Of a DNA stretch of 64,000 bases, positions 1 through 9,189 are shown piece by piece; within the stretch, counting starts at the first letter, position 1; each line of letters starts with the position of its first letter. The stretch spans positions 416,001 through 480,000 of the forward strand of contig CAWHTE010000011.1 of the NCBI GenBank assembly GCA_963832165.1, read 5' to 3'. A program made the translations under genes and the position numbers. This DNA comes from an uncultured delta proteobacterium (lineage in GTDB: Bacteria > Myxococcota_A > UBA9160 > SMWR01). The notes beneath the pieces were generated by a model. That model was not told where the DNA came from and did no database searches. It saw only the letters and a list, made by a program, of their open reading frames with translations.

Positions 1-805
1 CGGCGAGCGAGACGAACGCCACCGCTCGCTCGCGAAGCGCGTCGAGCCAGCGGCGCAGCCATTCCTCGAAGTGGATCCCCTCGGCCTCAGCGTGCACGCC
101 GACCACGTTCGGGCGATTCGGGGCGAGGTGCGCGTTGTACCAGCTGACTAGCTCGTCTGCGTGCACAGCGAGCGCAGCGCGCGCCGCGAGCAGCTCGTCG
201 CTCGTCGGAAGCGTGGTTGGAATCTGGAGCGTCTTCGCGCTGCCTCCGTCGAGCTCGGGATAGAACGGGACGTCGCCGCGGCAATCGCTCGCGAACGAGA
301 ACCCGAGCTCGTCCTGCACACGCAGGCTCGCGGGGGTGATCTGCCAGCCCGGCGCACCCGAGAAGCGCGGCGCGTGGCCGAGCGTCTGCGTGAACAGATC
401 GAGCGCGCGCGCATAGCTCGCGCGGACGGCGGGCTCGTCCATGCCCGCGACGGCGTCCTGCCAGCCGACGTGGTCGAAGCCGTGCAACCCGACCGCATGC
501 CCGGCGGACTCCGCGGCGCGCAGCAGTGCGGGCGCGCTCTCGCCCACGGGCTGCGCGGGTAGCAGCGTGCCGGAGAGCAGCGTGCGCACGCCGTACATGC
601 GCGGAGCGTGCGTGCGCAGCATCTTGGTCACGAAGCCGCGGCGGAAGATGCGGCGGATCGCCTTGCCCGAGTTGTCGGGCCCGAACGCGACGAAGATCGA
701 CGCGGGCGCGCCGGCCCGGTCGAGCGTGCGCAGCAACGCGGGCAGTCCCGCGTGGAGCGCGCGGTGATTGCAGACGTCGACCTTGAGCGCGACCTCGGTC
801 GTCAA
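1..805 (-). CDS. arnD: ArnD-like 4-deoxy-4-formamido-L-arabinose-phosphoundecaprenol deformylase (polysaccharide deacetylase family), 3' end runs off the window
   Basis: Not in the ORF track. Hand translation from TTG at 805 gives MTTEVALKVDVCNHRALHAGLPALL...ASIFVAFGPDNSGKAIRRIFRRGFVTKMLRT...YG...LLSGTLLP...VGLHGFDHVGWQD, matching ArnD motifs (GPDN-G, GLHxxDHxxWQ). Start overlaps the arnC stop (TTGA). Confidence 0.85.
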   Translation of the reverse strand, partial: MTTEVALKVDVCNHRALHAGLPALLRTLDRAGAPASIFVAFGPDNSGKAIRRIFRRGFVTKMLRTHAPRMYGVRTLLSGTLLPAQPVGESAPALLRAAESAGHAVGLHGFDHVGWQDAVAGMDEPAVRASYARALDLFTQTLGHAPRFSGAPGWQITPASLRVQDELGFSFASDCRGDVPFYPELDGGSAKTLQIPTTLPTSDELLAARAALAVHADELVSWYNAHLAPNRPNVVGVHAEAEGIHFEEWLRRWLDALRERAVAFVSLA

Positions 806-1779
806 CGCCCGACCGCGGCGCGCGCGGCCGGGACCTCCGCTACCGGATGCACCTCGCTGCGCACGACATAGCGCGGGCGCTGGCGCACCTGGTCGTACAC
901 GCGCCCGAGGTATTCGCCCAGTATGCCGAGCGCCACGAACTGCGCGCCCATGAACAGGAACAGCGCGGCGAACAGCGTGAACACGCCCTGGGCCGCCCAG
1001 TCGCTACCGAGCGCGATGCGCAGGATCACGATCAAGGCGCCCAGCGTCACGCCGAGTGCGGCCATCGAGAACCCAAACGCCGACAGCGCGCGCAGGGAGA
1101 ACATCGAGAACCCGGTCAGCAGATCGAGGAGCAGCGAGAACAGCCCGAACAGCGCATAGCGCGATTCCCCCTCGAGCCGTTCGGCGTGGCCGACCGGAAT
1201 CTCCGCCACGCGATCGGTGAAGCAGTGTGCGAGCGCCGGAATGAAGCTCGAGATCTCGCCGCTGTCGCGCATCGACCGCACGATCTCGATCCGGTACGCG
1301 CGCAACATGCAGCCGTAGTCGCGCAGCGCGACGCCGGTCGCCCTCGAGATCAGGCGGTTCATCGCGCGCGACGCGAGCCGCCGGAACCAGCTGTCGTGGC
1401 GGCTCTCGCGCCATCCGCCCACCACGTCGGCGCCCTCGTCGAGTGCCACCACCAGGCGCGGGATCTCGGCGGGCGGGTTCTGGAGGTCGGCGTCGAGCGT
1501 GACGACCGCGTCGGCGGTGCAGCGCGAGAAGCCCGCGAACACTGCCGCGTGTTGACCGAAGTTGCGAGCGAGCCGGATCGCCCGGAAGCGGGGGTCGCGC
1601 CGCGCCGCCTGCTCGAGCAGCGGCCACGAGCGGTCGCGACTGCCGTCGTCGACGAAGATCGCGCGCCACGGGATCTCGAGCGGACCGAGGTCGGCGAGGA
1701 GTCGCTCGAACAGGCGCGGCAGCGTGGCCTCCTCGTTGTAGACCGGGATCACGAGGTCGATGTTGCGGATCCGACTCAT
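802..1779 (-). CDS. arnC: ArnC-like undecaprenyl-phosphate glycosyltransferase (GT2)
   Basis: VIPVYNEE, VDDGSRD, RNFGQH, TLDADLQNPP and DYGCMLRAY motifs, two C-terminal TM helices, LGEYLGRVY. ATG at 1779 overlaps the arnB stop. Confidence 0.88.
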   Translation of the reverse strand: MSRIRNIDLVIPVYNEEATLPRLFERLLADLGPLEIPWRAIFVDDGSRDRSWPLLEQAARRDPRFRAIRLARNFGQHAAVFAGFSRCTADAVVTLDADLQNPPAEIPRLVVALDEGADVVGGWRESRHDSWFRRLASRAMNRLISRATGVALRDYGCMLRAYRIEIVRSMRDSGEISSFIPALAHCFTDRVAEIPVGHAERLEGESRYALFGLFSLLLDLLTGFSMFSLRALSAFGFSMAALGVTLGALIVILRIALGSDWAAQGVFTLFAALFLFMGAQFVALGILGEYLGRVYDQVRQRPRYVVRSEVHPVAEVPAARAAVGR

Positions 1780-2939
1780 CGCTCCACCTCGTCCGCGACC
1801 GCGCGGATCGCGCTGCAAACCCGCGTCACGTCGGCCTCGGTCATGCTGGGGAAGAGCGGCAGCGACAGCACGGAGAGATCGGCGCGCTCGCTGTGGGGCA
1901 GGTCGCCCGCGGTGTAGCCGTAGCGCTCGCGGTAGTAGCGGTGCAGGTGGACCGCGGTGAAGTGCAGGCCCGTGGCGATTCCGCGCTCGTCGAGGCGCGC
2001 CGCGAACTCCTCGCGATCACAGCGCAGCCGCTCCAGATCGAGCTTCACGATGAACAGGTGCCAGCCGTGGCGAGTCGTCGCCGGATCGAGTGCAAGCGGT
2101 GCCGCCACGGGGCATGCGCGCAGCGCTTCGCGGTAGTGCGCGGCCAGCTTCGCGCGCTGCTCGATGAATCCGTCGAGCCGTGCGAGCTGGTGGATGCCGA
2201 GCGCGGCCTGGAGATCGGTGAGGTTGTACTTGAATCCGGGAACGACGGTCTCGTAGCGAGTGGGGGCGCGCCCGGAGTGGCGCGCGGCGGCATCGCGGTC
2301 GATGCCGTGGAAGCGCAGGCGCCGCACGCGCTCGGCGATCCCTGCGTCGGACGTGGTCACCATGCCGCCCTCGGCGGTCGTGATGTTCTTGGTCGGCTGA
2401 AAGCTGAAGCAGGCCGTGCCCTGACCCGCGCCGATCCGGCGCTCGCGATACTCCGTGCCCGCCGCGTGCGCCGCGTCTTCGATCACGACGAGGTCGTGGC
2501 GCTGCGAGAGCGCGGCGAATCCGTCGAGATCGCACGACTGGCCCGCGAAGTGAACCGGCAGGATCGCGCACGTGCGCGGCGTGATCGCGGCCTCGACCGC
2601 GGCCCTCGTGATCTGGAGTGTCGCCGGGTCGACGTCGACGAACACGGGCCGCGCGCCGACCAGCTCGATGCAGTTCGCGGTGGAGGGCCACGTGATCGGC
2701 GTGGTCACCACTTCGTCGCCGGGGCCGATCCCGTGGGCGAGCAACGCGACGTGCAGAGCCGCAGTGCACGAGGAGACCGCGACCGCGTGCTCGCTACCCA
2801 CGTAGCTCGCGAACTCGCGCTCGAAGCGCTGCACGCGCGGACCCGACGTGAGCCAGCCCGAGCGCAGAACCGCTACGGCTTCGGCGATCTCTTCGTCGCC
2901 GAGGAACGGGCGCGAGAGCGGGAGCCTGTCGTCGTTCAT
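1776..2939 (-). CDS. arnB: ArnB-like DegT/DnrJ/EryC1/StrS PLP-dependent aminotransferase
   Basis: SGWLTSGP, SSCTAALH, IEDAAHA, FSFQPTKNITTAEGG, GFKYNLTD. GGAG RBS upstream of ATG 2939. Lies ahead of arnC and arnD. Confidence 0.88.
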   Translation of the reverse strand: MNDDRLPLSRPFLGDEEIAEAVAVLRSGWLTSGPRVQRFEREFASYVGSEHAVAVSSCTAALHVALLAHGIGPGDEVVTTPITWPSTANCIELVGARPVFVDVDPATLQITRAAVEAAITPRTCAILPVHFAGQSCDLDGFAALSQRHDLVVIEDAAHAAGTEYRERRIGAGQGTACFSFQPTKNITTAEGGMVTTSDAGIAERVRRLRFHGIDRDAAARHSGRAPTRYETVVPGFKYNLTDLQAALGIHQLARLDGFIEQRAKLAAHYREALRACPVAAPLALDPATTRHGWHLFIVKLDLERLRCDREEFAARLDERGIATGLHFTAVHLHRYYRERYGYTAGDLPHSERADLSVLSLPLFPSMTEADVTRVCSAIRAVADEVER

Positions 2940-3012
2940 GGGGCCGCGTACTCCTTCCACAACTCGAGCGGCGTTCTGATTCATCGCACGTCCGATGTCG
3001 ACCGCAACGAAC

Positions 3013-3028
3013 GTGACGCGATCGTCAT
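3013..3028. promoter_or_regulatory. Palindromic TGACG-N4-CGTCA site (CusR/CopR-box-like) in the divergent arnB/response regulator promoter
   Basis: GTGACGCGATCGTCAT is seen directly. Function is inferred from similarity to TGACA-N4-TGTCA boxes of CusR/CopR-type regulators. Confidence 0.45.
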
Positions 3029-3085
3029 CCACGCACACGGCGCAGGTCTTCGATGTACCCTCACGCGCGACAGAGGAAACCCCGC

Positions 3086-3748
3086 GTGAGGATTCTGCTC
3101 CTGGAAGACGATCTCGAGACCGCCTCCGCGGTCGAGAAGGGCCTGTCGCTCGAGGGCCACAGCCTCTGCGTCGCCGCGAGCGCGCGCGAAGCGCTGCGTT
3201 TCGTCGCGGAGGAGACGTTCGACGTGGCCGTGCTCGACATCGCGGTGCCCGACGGCTCGGGATACGACGTGCTCGCCGCGCTGCGCGCCGGGCGGGATCC
3301 GATCCAGGTGCTGATGCTCACCGCGCGTGGGAGCGTGGAGGATCGCGTCGAAGGCCTCGACCGCGGCGCCGACGACTATCTCGTGAAGCCGTTCTCGTTC
3401 GCCGAGCTCGCCGCGCGGCTGCGCGCGCTCGACCGCCGGCCCAGGCCCCGCGCGACGGAGCTGCACTCCGACGTACTCGCGCTCGACCTGATCCGGCGCA
3501 CCGCGACCGTGCGCGGCGAACGCCTCGATCTGACACCCACCGAGTTCTCGCTGCTCGCGGCGCTGCTGCGCGAGCGCGGCGCGCCGCTCTCACGGAGCGC
3601 GCTGCTGCGCGAGGTCTGGGGCTACGAGTTCGATCCGGGTACGAACGTGGTCGACGTCCACGTCAACCGCCTGCGGCGCAAGCTCGAGGATCGCGGGCTC
3701 GCGGAGATGATCCGGACCGTGCGCGGGAGCGGCTATGCGGCCGCGTGA
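3086..3748 (+). CDS. OmpR-family response regulator (CusR/CzcR-like)
   Basis: ILLLEDD, DVAVLD, LMLTARG, GADDYLVKPF, VWGYEFDPGTNVVDVHVNRLRRKL, IRTVRGSGY. GTG start after GAGGA. Confidence 0.93.
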   Translation: MRILLLEDDLETASAVEKGLSLEGHSLCVAASAREALRFVAEETFDVAVLDIAVPDGSGYDVLAALRAGRDPIQVLMLTARGSVEDRVEGLDRGADDYLVKPFSFAELAARLRALDRRPRPRATELHSDVLALDLIRRTATVRGERLDLTPTEFSLLAALLRERGAPLSRSALLREVWGYEFDPGTNVVDVHVNRLRRKLEDRGLAEMIRTVRGSGYAAA

Positions 3749-5126
3749 GCTGTTCCGGCGCTCGTTCGCGCGCTCCGACGTCCGGACGGTCTGGATCACG
3801 ACCGCGGCACTGCTGGTCGCCGTATTCGTCCCAGGAATGTTCCTGTACGCGTACTCCGCGACCGAGTCGCTCGAGGAGATCGATAGCTGGTTCGAGTTCG
3901 CGCTCCAGGTCGTCGTGCGCGAAGTGAACGAGCGGGGACCCGAGGCGATTGCCTCGGGCGAAGTAGTGGGGCGGCTGCCGCATCCCAACGCCGCGGTTCG
4001 CGTGCACGGCGCGACCGGGGAGCTGCTCAGCGAACGCGGGGTCTGGCCCGATCCGGAGAACGAGATCCGGGCGCTGACCCACGGTGACAAAGAGAAGCGG
4101 AACCTGGGAGCGCTTTGGCTGCTCCGGGATGCCCATTGGATCGTCGGTGCGCGCGCCGGGGCGTCGGGCGAACGGATCGAGCTCGCATTGCCGCTGCGCC
4201 AAGCCGCGTCCGAGACGATCGAGATTCTCCGCCACGTCACGGTGGCGACGCTGATCGCCGGAACCGTGGTGCTGCTGATCGGGCTCGTGACCACCCTGCG
4301 AGCGTTCGTGCCGCTGCGTCGCGCGACCGCGATGCTGCGCGAGGTCGACACGGGGAGCCTCGGCGTGCGCCTGCCCACGCGCGGCACGGGCGACCCGATC
4401 GACCTCCACGCCGAGACGCTGAACGGTGTGCTCCAGCGGATCGACGCGGGCTTCGCGCGGCTGCGCGCGTTCAGCAGCGACGTGGCCCACGAGCTGCGCA
4501 CGCCGCTCAACCGGATCAGCACCGTGAGCGAGGTGGCGCTGCTCGAGGGCAGCGATCGCGATCTGCGCAGCGCGCTCGAGGCCGTGCACGGCACCACCGA
4601 GGAACTCGCGCGGATGGTGCAGGCGCTCTTGCTGCTCGCCGAGATCGACGATCGGCGGCTCGCGCTGCGCCGGAGCCCGATCGAGCTCGCGCCATGGATC
4701 CAGCAACACGTCGGGGCCTACGCCCCCTCGTTCGAAGACATCGGTGTGAAGCTCTCGGCGCATGGCGAGGAGCTCGCGTTCGAGGGCGACCGCACGCTGC
4801 TCGATCGCATCATCGCGAACCTGCTCGACAACGCGCTCCGGCATGCGCCCGAGGGCAGTAGCGTCGAGATCCGGACGGGGCGGCGCGAGGCGGGCGTCGC
4901 GGTCACGGTCGACGATGCGGGCGCAGGCGTGCCGGAAGCCGACCGCGAGCGCGTGTTCGATCGCTTCGCGCGCCTCTCGGGTGAGAGAGCGCAGGGGCAC
5001 GGGCTCGGTCTCGCGCTCGCGCGCGCGATCGCGGAGCTGCACGGGGGCACACTGCGCGCGACGCGTTCACCGCTTGGCGGCGCGCGCTTCGAGCTGTGGC
5101 TGCCGAGCGTCTCGGGCGGACACTGA
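3735..5126 (+). CDS. Sensor histidine kinase (2 TM, HAMP, HisKA, HATPase; CusS-like)
   Basis: FSSDVAHELRTPL H-box, NLLDNA, DDAGAGV, VFDRF, GHGLGLA. Overlaps the response regulator. Confidence 0.93.
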   Translation: MRPRELFRRSFARSDVRTVWITTAALLVAVFVPGMFLYAYSATESLEEIDSWFEFALQVVVREVNERGPEAIASGEVVGRLPHPNAAVRVHGATGELLSERGVWPDPENEIRALTHGDKEKRNLGALWLLRDAHWIVGARAGASGERIELALPLRQAASETIEILRHVTVATLIAGTVVLLIGLVTTLRAFVPLRRATAMLREVDTGSLGVRLPTRGTGDPIDLHAETLNGVLQRIDAGFARLRAFSSDVAHELRTPLNRISTVSEVALLEGSDRDLRSALEAVHGTTEELARMVQALLLLAEIDDRRLALRRSPIELAPWIQQHVGAYAPSFEDIGVKLSAHGEELAFEGDRTLLDRIIANLLDNALRHAPEGSSVEIRTGRREAGVAVTVDDAGAGVPEADRERVFDRFARLSGERAQGHGLGLALARAIAELHGGTLRATRSPLGGARFELWLPSVSGGH

Positions 5127-5882
5127 TCGGTCGGCGGGATCGACCCGGGCCACACGCCGTTCGCGACCGCGCTGGTGGAGCTCCACCTTGATGGCGTTCA
5201 CGAGCAGTGCGATCGCCATTGCGCCCGCGACCAGGACAGCGCGGTCGAGGCCGCAGGCGAGCTCGACCCGACGCGCGAGCGACGCCACCGGAATCCATTC
5301 ACCGCGCACCGCCGCGATCGCGAGCAGCGCGGTGAGAGTCCAGGGGATGAGCTTCTTCTCGCGGTGCAACACTTCGCGCCAGGCCACGAGCGCATCGCTC
5401 GGCGCGCCGCGGTCGAGCCGGCGGAATCCGATCCAGCGCGGGACGTCGGCGATGTATTGCTGATACGCAACGCCTAACAGCTTTGTGAGGGCGCGTTCTT
5501 CGATCAGCACCACGGGGGTGTAGGCGATTAGCGTCGCGAACAGGAGCGCCAGGGCCATCCAGCCCGCGCCTGCGATCAGCCCGAGGCCGCACAGCATCAG
5601 CGCGGCCGCGAGGTAGAGCGGGTTGCGCGTCCAGCGGTAGGGTCCTGTGGTGATCAGCCCCGCCCGCGCGTGAGCATGGAACACCCGCGCGCCGCGTCCG
5701 ATCTGCCGCACCGCGCCCAACCGCAGCAGCACGCCCGCTGCGGCGGTGCCGGCACCGAGCAGCGCGCTGATGTAGTCGATCCCACCCCCGCGCAGGGCGG
5801 CGACGATCACCGGAACGGCGAGCGGCAGCAGCAGCGCCTCGCGATGCCGAAACAGGTACTTGCGCCACGCCTCGCGATTCAT
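5067..5882 (-). CDS. Isoprenylcysteine carboxyl methyltransferase family membrane methyltransferase (possibly LmtA-like)
   Basis: LITTGPYRWTRNPLYL and EERAL..LLG..YQQY...VPRW motifs, several TM segments. Confidence 0.8.
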   Translation of the reverse strand: MNREAWRKYLFRHREALLLPLAVPVIVAALRGGGIDYISALLGAGTAAAGVLLRLGAVRQIGRGARVFHAHARAGLITTGPYRWTRNPLYLAAALMLCGLGLIAGAGWMALALLFATLIAYTPVVLIEERALTKLLGVAYQQYIADVPRWIGFRRLDRGAPSDALVAWREVLHREKKLIPWTLTALLAIAAVRGEWIPVASLARRVELACGLDRAVLVAGAMAIALLVNAIKVELHQRGRERRVARVDPADRSVSARDARQPQLEARAAKR

Positions 5883-5929
5883 GCGGGGAAGGGTTCGTGT
5901 GGGGTTCTCCGTCTGCCATTCGCGGGTTC

Positions 5930-5950
5930 GAATCGTCATGAATCGTCATG
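5930..5950. repeat. 10-bp tandem direct repeat (GAATCGTCAT)x2, candidate OmpR-family binding site
   Basis: gaatcgtcatgaatcgtcatg between the dnaE2 stop and the methyltransferase start. Confidence 0.5.
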
Positions 5951-5959
5951 TTGAGCGCG

Positions 5960-8900
5960 TTATCGGTAGTCGTGCGAGCGCGGCAGATCGCCGTGCGTGC
6001 GCAGCGGGACGAGCTCGCGTACGCGCACGTGGATCACGCCGTCGACCTTCTGGAGCGGACCCGCGATCTCGAGCAGTGCAGCGCCGTGGAGCGCGGAGCG
6101 GAAGCGCTCGAAGTAGTGCGGCGTGAGCACGGCGTTCGAGGTGCCGGTCTCGTCCTCGAGGGTCAGGAAGCAGAAGCCCTTGGCCGTGCCCGGGCGCTGG
6201 CGCACGATCGCGTGGCCGGCCGTGCGCACGAACCGGCCGTCGGGTGCGTCGCGCAGCGCCGCGGCGGAGAGCACGCCGCGCGCGGTGAGCTCCGGGCGCA
6301 GATACTGCATCAGATGCGCACCGGTGGTGACACCGCTGCGCCGGTAGTCGGCGAGCGTCTCCTCGAGTGCGCTCATCTCGGGCAGCGGTGAGTCCTCGCG
6401 CGCGGGATCGACGCGCGCGAGCAACGGCTCGCGCGCGAGCCCCGACACCTGCCACAGCGCCGAACGGCGCGTGCGCGCGCTCGCGTCGATGCCCGCGAGC
6501 GCGCCGAGCTCCGCGAGCGCCGCGAGCTCTTCGGGCCGCGGCCGCACGCGCGCGGCGAAGTCGGCCGCGCTCGCGAACGGCTGGCGCGCGCGCTCCGCGC
6601 CGAGCCGCTCGGCTGTCTCCTCGCGCAGCCCCGACACGAGCCGCAGGCCGAGCCGCACCGCGTTCGCGGCATCCGGCGCCGCTTCGAGCACGCTGCGCCA
6701 CTGCGAGCGCGCCGCGTCGATCGGCAGTACGACGACGCCGTGGCGCTGCGCGTCCTTCACCAGCGTGGCCGCGCTGTAGAAGCCCATCGGCTGCGCGTTG
6801 AGCAGGCCCGCGAGGAAGGCCGCCGGGTGATGGCACTTGAGATAGGCGGAGGCGTAGGCGATCAGCGCGAACGAGGCCGCGTGCGATTCGGGAAAGCCGT
6901 AGAGCGCGAACGAGGTGATGCCGCGCAGGATCTCCTCCTGCGCGCGTTGCCCGATGCCGCGCTCGCACATTCCGGTCACGAGCCTCTGCTCGATCTGGCT
7001 CATCCGCTCCACGGAGCGTTTGAAGCCCATCGCGCGGCGCAGCTCTTCCGCCTCGCCGCCCGTGAAGCCGGCCGCGGTCATCGCGATGCGCAGCAGCTGC
7101 TCCTGGAACAGCGGCACGCCGAGCGTGCGAGCGAGGATCGGCTCGAGCGACGGATGGGGATAGGTCACGGGCTCGCGTCCAGCGCGCCGGGAGAGATACG
7201 GGTTCACCATCTTGCCCGTGATCGGGCCCGGCCGGATGATCGCCACCTCCACCACGAGGTCGTAGAAGCGCTCGGGCTTCATGCGCGGCAGCGTCGCCAT
7301 CTGCGCGCGGCTCTCGATCTGGAACGTGCCGATCGTGTCGGCCTGCCGGATCATCGCGTAGGTGACGGGGTCATCGGGCGGCAGCACCGCGAGATCGATG
7401 TGCTTTCCCTCGTGGACGCTCACCTGTTCGAGCGTGTCCTCGAGCGCCGCGAGCATGCCAAGGCCGAGCAGATCGATCTTGATGATCCCGAGATCGGCGC
7501 AGTCCTCCTTGTCCCACTGCACGACACGGCGATCCGGCATGCGCGCGGGCTCGATCGGCACCACCTCGTCGAGCCGGCCTGCGGCGATCACGATGCCGCC
7601 CGAGTGCTGTCCGAGATGGCGCGGGAGACCGCGCACGCGCGTCACGAGCTCGAGCAGCGCGGCGATGCGCGGCGCCGTCGGGTCGACGCCGGCCTCGCGC
7701 AGCGCGGCGCGCTCGCTTCCTCGATCGTCGGGATGCTCGACGCTCGAGAGCAGTGCCGCGAGGCGCCCGGTGGCGTCCTCGGAGAGCCCGAGCACCTTCC
7801 CCATCTCGCGCACCGCCATCCGCGTGCGATAGGTGATCACCACCGCCGTCATCGCGGCGCCGTGGCGGCCATACTTCTCGAATACGTACTGGATCACCTT
7901 CTCGCGCTGGTCGCCCGACGGCAGATCGATGTCGATGTCGGGCCACTCGCCGCGCTCTTCGGAGAGGAAGCGCTCGAACAGAAGGCCCATCGCCACCGGG
8001 TCCACTGCCGTGATGCCGAGCGCATAACACACGGCGCTGTTGGCGGCCGAGCCGCGCCCCTGGGCCAGCATCGGCGCATCGCGCGCGAAGCGCGCGATGT
8101 CGTGCACGATCAGGAAGTAGCCCGCGAGGTCGAGCTTCTCGATCACGGCGAGCTCGCGATCGAGCTGGCGGCGCGCGCGCGCGGGTACCGGCCGTCCGTA
8201 GCGCTCGCGCGCGCCGTACTCGGTGAGGATGCGCAGGAACGAGGCCTGCGTTTCGCCGGGCGGGATCGGAAACTCCGGGAAGCGGTAGCCGAGATGTTCG
8301 AGCGTGAACGCGCAGCGCTCGGCGATCGCGCGCGTGGCGAGCACCCATTCGGGCCGGTCGCCGAAGCGCGCCGCGATCGCTTCGCGCGTGTGCAGGTGCT
8401 CTTCGGCGTTGACGGCCAAGCGGCGTCCGGCTGCATCGAGCCGCGTCTTCTCGCGCAGGCAGGTGAGCGCGTCGGTCAGCCTGCGCCCCTCGGCGCGCGC
8501 GTGGCGCACGTCACCCGTGGCCACCACGGGCACGCGCGCGTGCGCGGCCAGATCGGCCGCGCGCCGGTTGCTGCGCTCCTGCTCGCGGCGGCCCTGGCGC
8601 GAGACGTCCACCCAGAGGCGCCCCGGAAAGAGCGCGCCCGCGCGGTCGAGCAGCGCGGGCTTGAGGCGGGCATCGCCGCGCACGAGGGCCGTGAGGCCGG
8701 CCGCGTGCTCTTCCACCTCGCTCCAGGAGACGAGCGCTCCTTCCTTTCCAATCCGTTCGTGGCCGCACGTGATCAGGCGCGCGAGGTTGCGATAGCCGCG
8801 CGGCGTCTCGACGAGCAGCAGCAGCGCGTCGGCGCCTGCGTCGGGCTCGCTCCGCGAAACCTGCAGCGTGGCTCCGACGATCGCGCGCAGACCAGCCGCG

Positions 8901-9084
8901 CGCGCTGCCTGGTGGAAGCGCGGGATCCCGTAGAGGCCGCCCCGGTCGGCCAGCGCGAGAGCGCTGTGGCCGCACTCGGCGCGGCCCAGACCAGATCCTC
9001 GGGATTCGACGACGCCTCGAGAAACGAGAACGCGCTGCGGCAGCGCAGCTCGACGTAATCGCACGCCGGGGGGCGAGGGGCCAC
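5960..9084 (-). CDS. dnaE2: Error-prone DNA polymerase DnaE2 (ImuC); one apparent 1-nt frameshift near 8980
   Basis: N-terminus YVELRCRSAFSFLEASSNPEDLV is in ORF 8773..9084. The rest is in ORF 5960..9064: QGRGSAANSAVCY, PDIDID, PRHLGQHSGG, KIDLLGLGML, YGFPESHA, RQRPGTAKG, C-terminal SHDYR (SRDFR-like). Confidence 0.93.
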
Positions 9085-9090
9085 GAAGCG

Positions 9091-9119
9091 ATTTTCGTCT
9101 TTTGTTCGCTTCCGGTCAA
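9091..9119 (-). promoter_or_regulatory. dnaE2 promoter/operator: TTGACC-17 bp-GAAAAT with embedded CGAA-N7-CGAA direct repeat (putative SOS box)
   Basis: Minus strand reads TTGACCGGAAGCGAACAAAAGACGAAAAT-6 nt-GTG; 24/29 identical to the element upstream of imuA. Confidence 0.75.
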
Positions 9120-9189
9120 TCGAAACGACTCAGCCCGAGGCCGAGGCCGACGGGCGAAGCGGAAGGCGACGCCGCGAAGTAGCTCTCGC

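Noticed and set aside
8960..9000. Programmed frameshift controlling dnaE2
   Set aside because: No slippery run is visible; one missing base restores the frame, and similar indels occur throughout the window.
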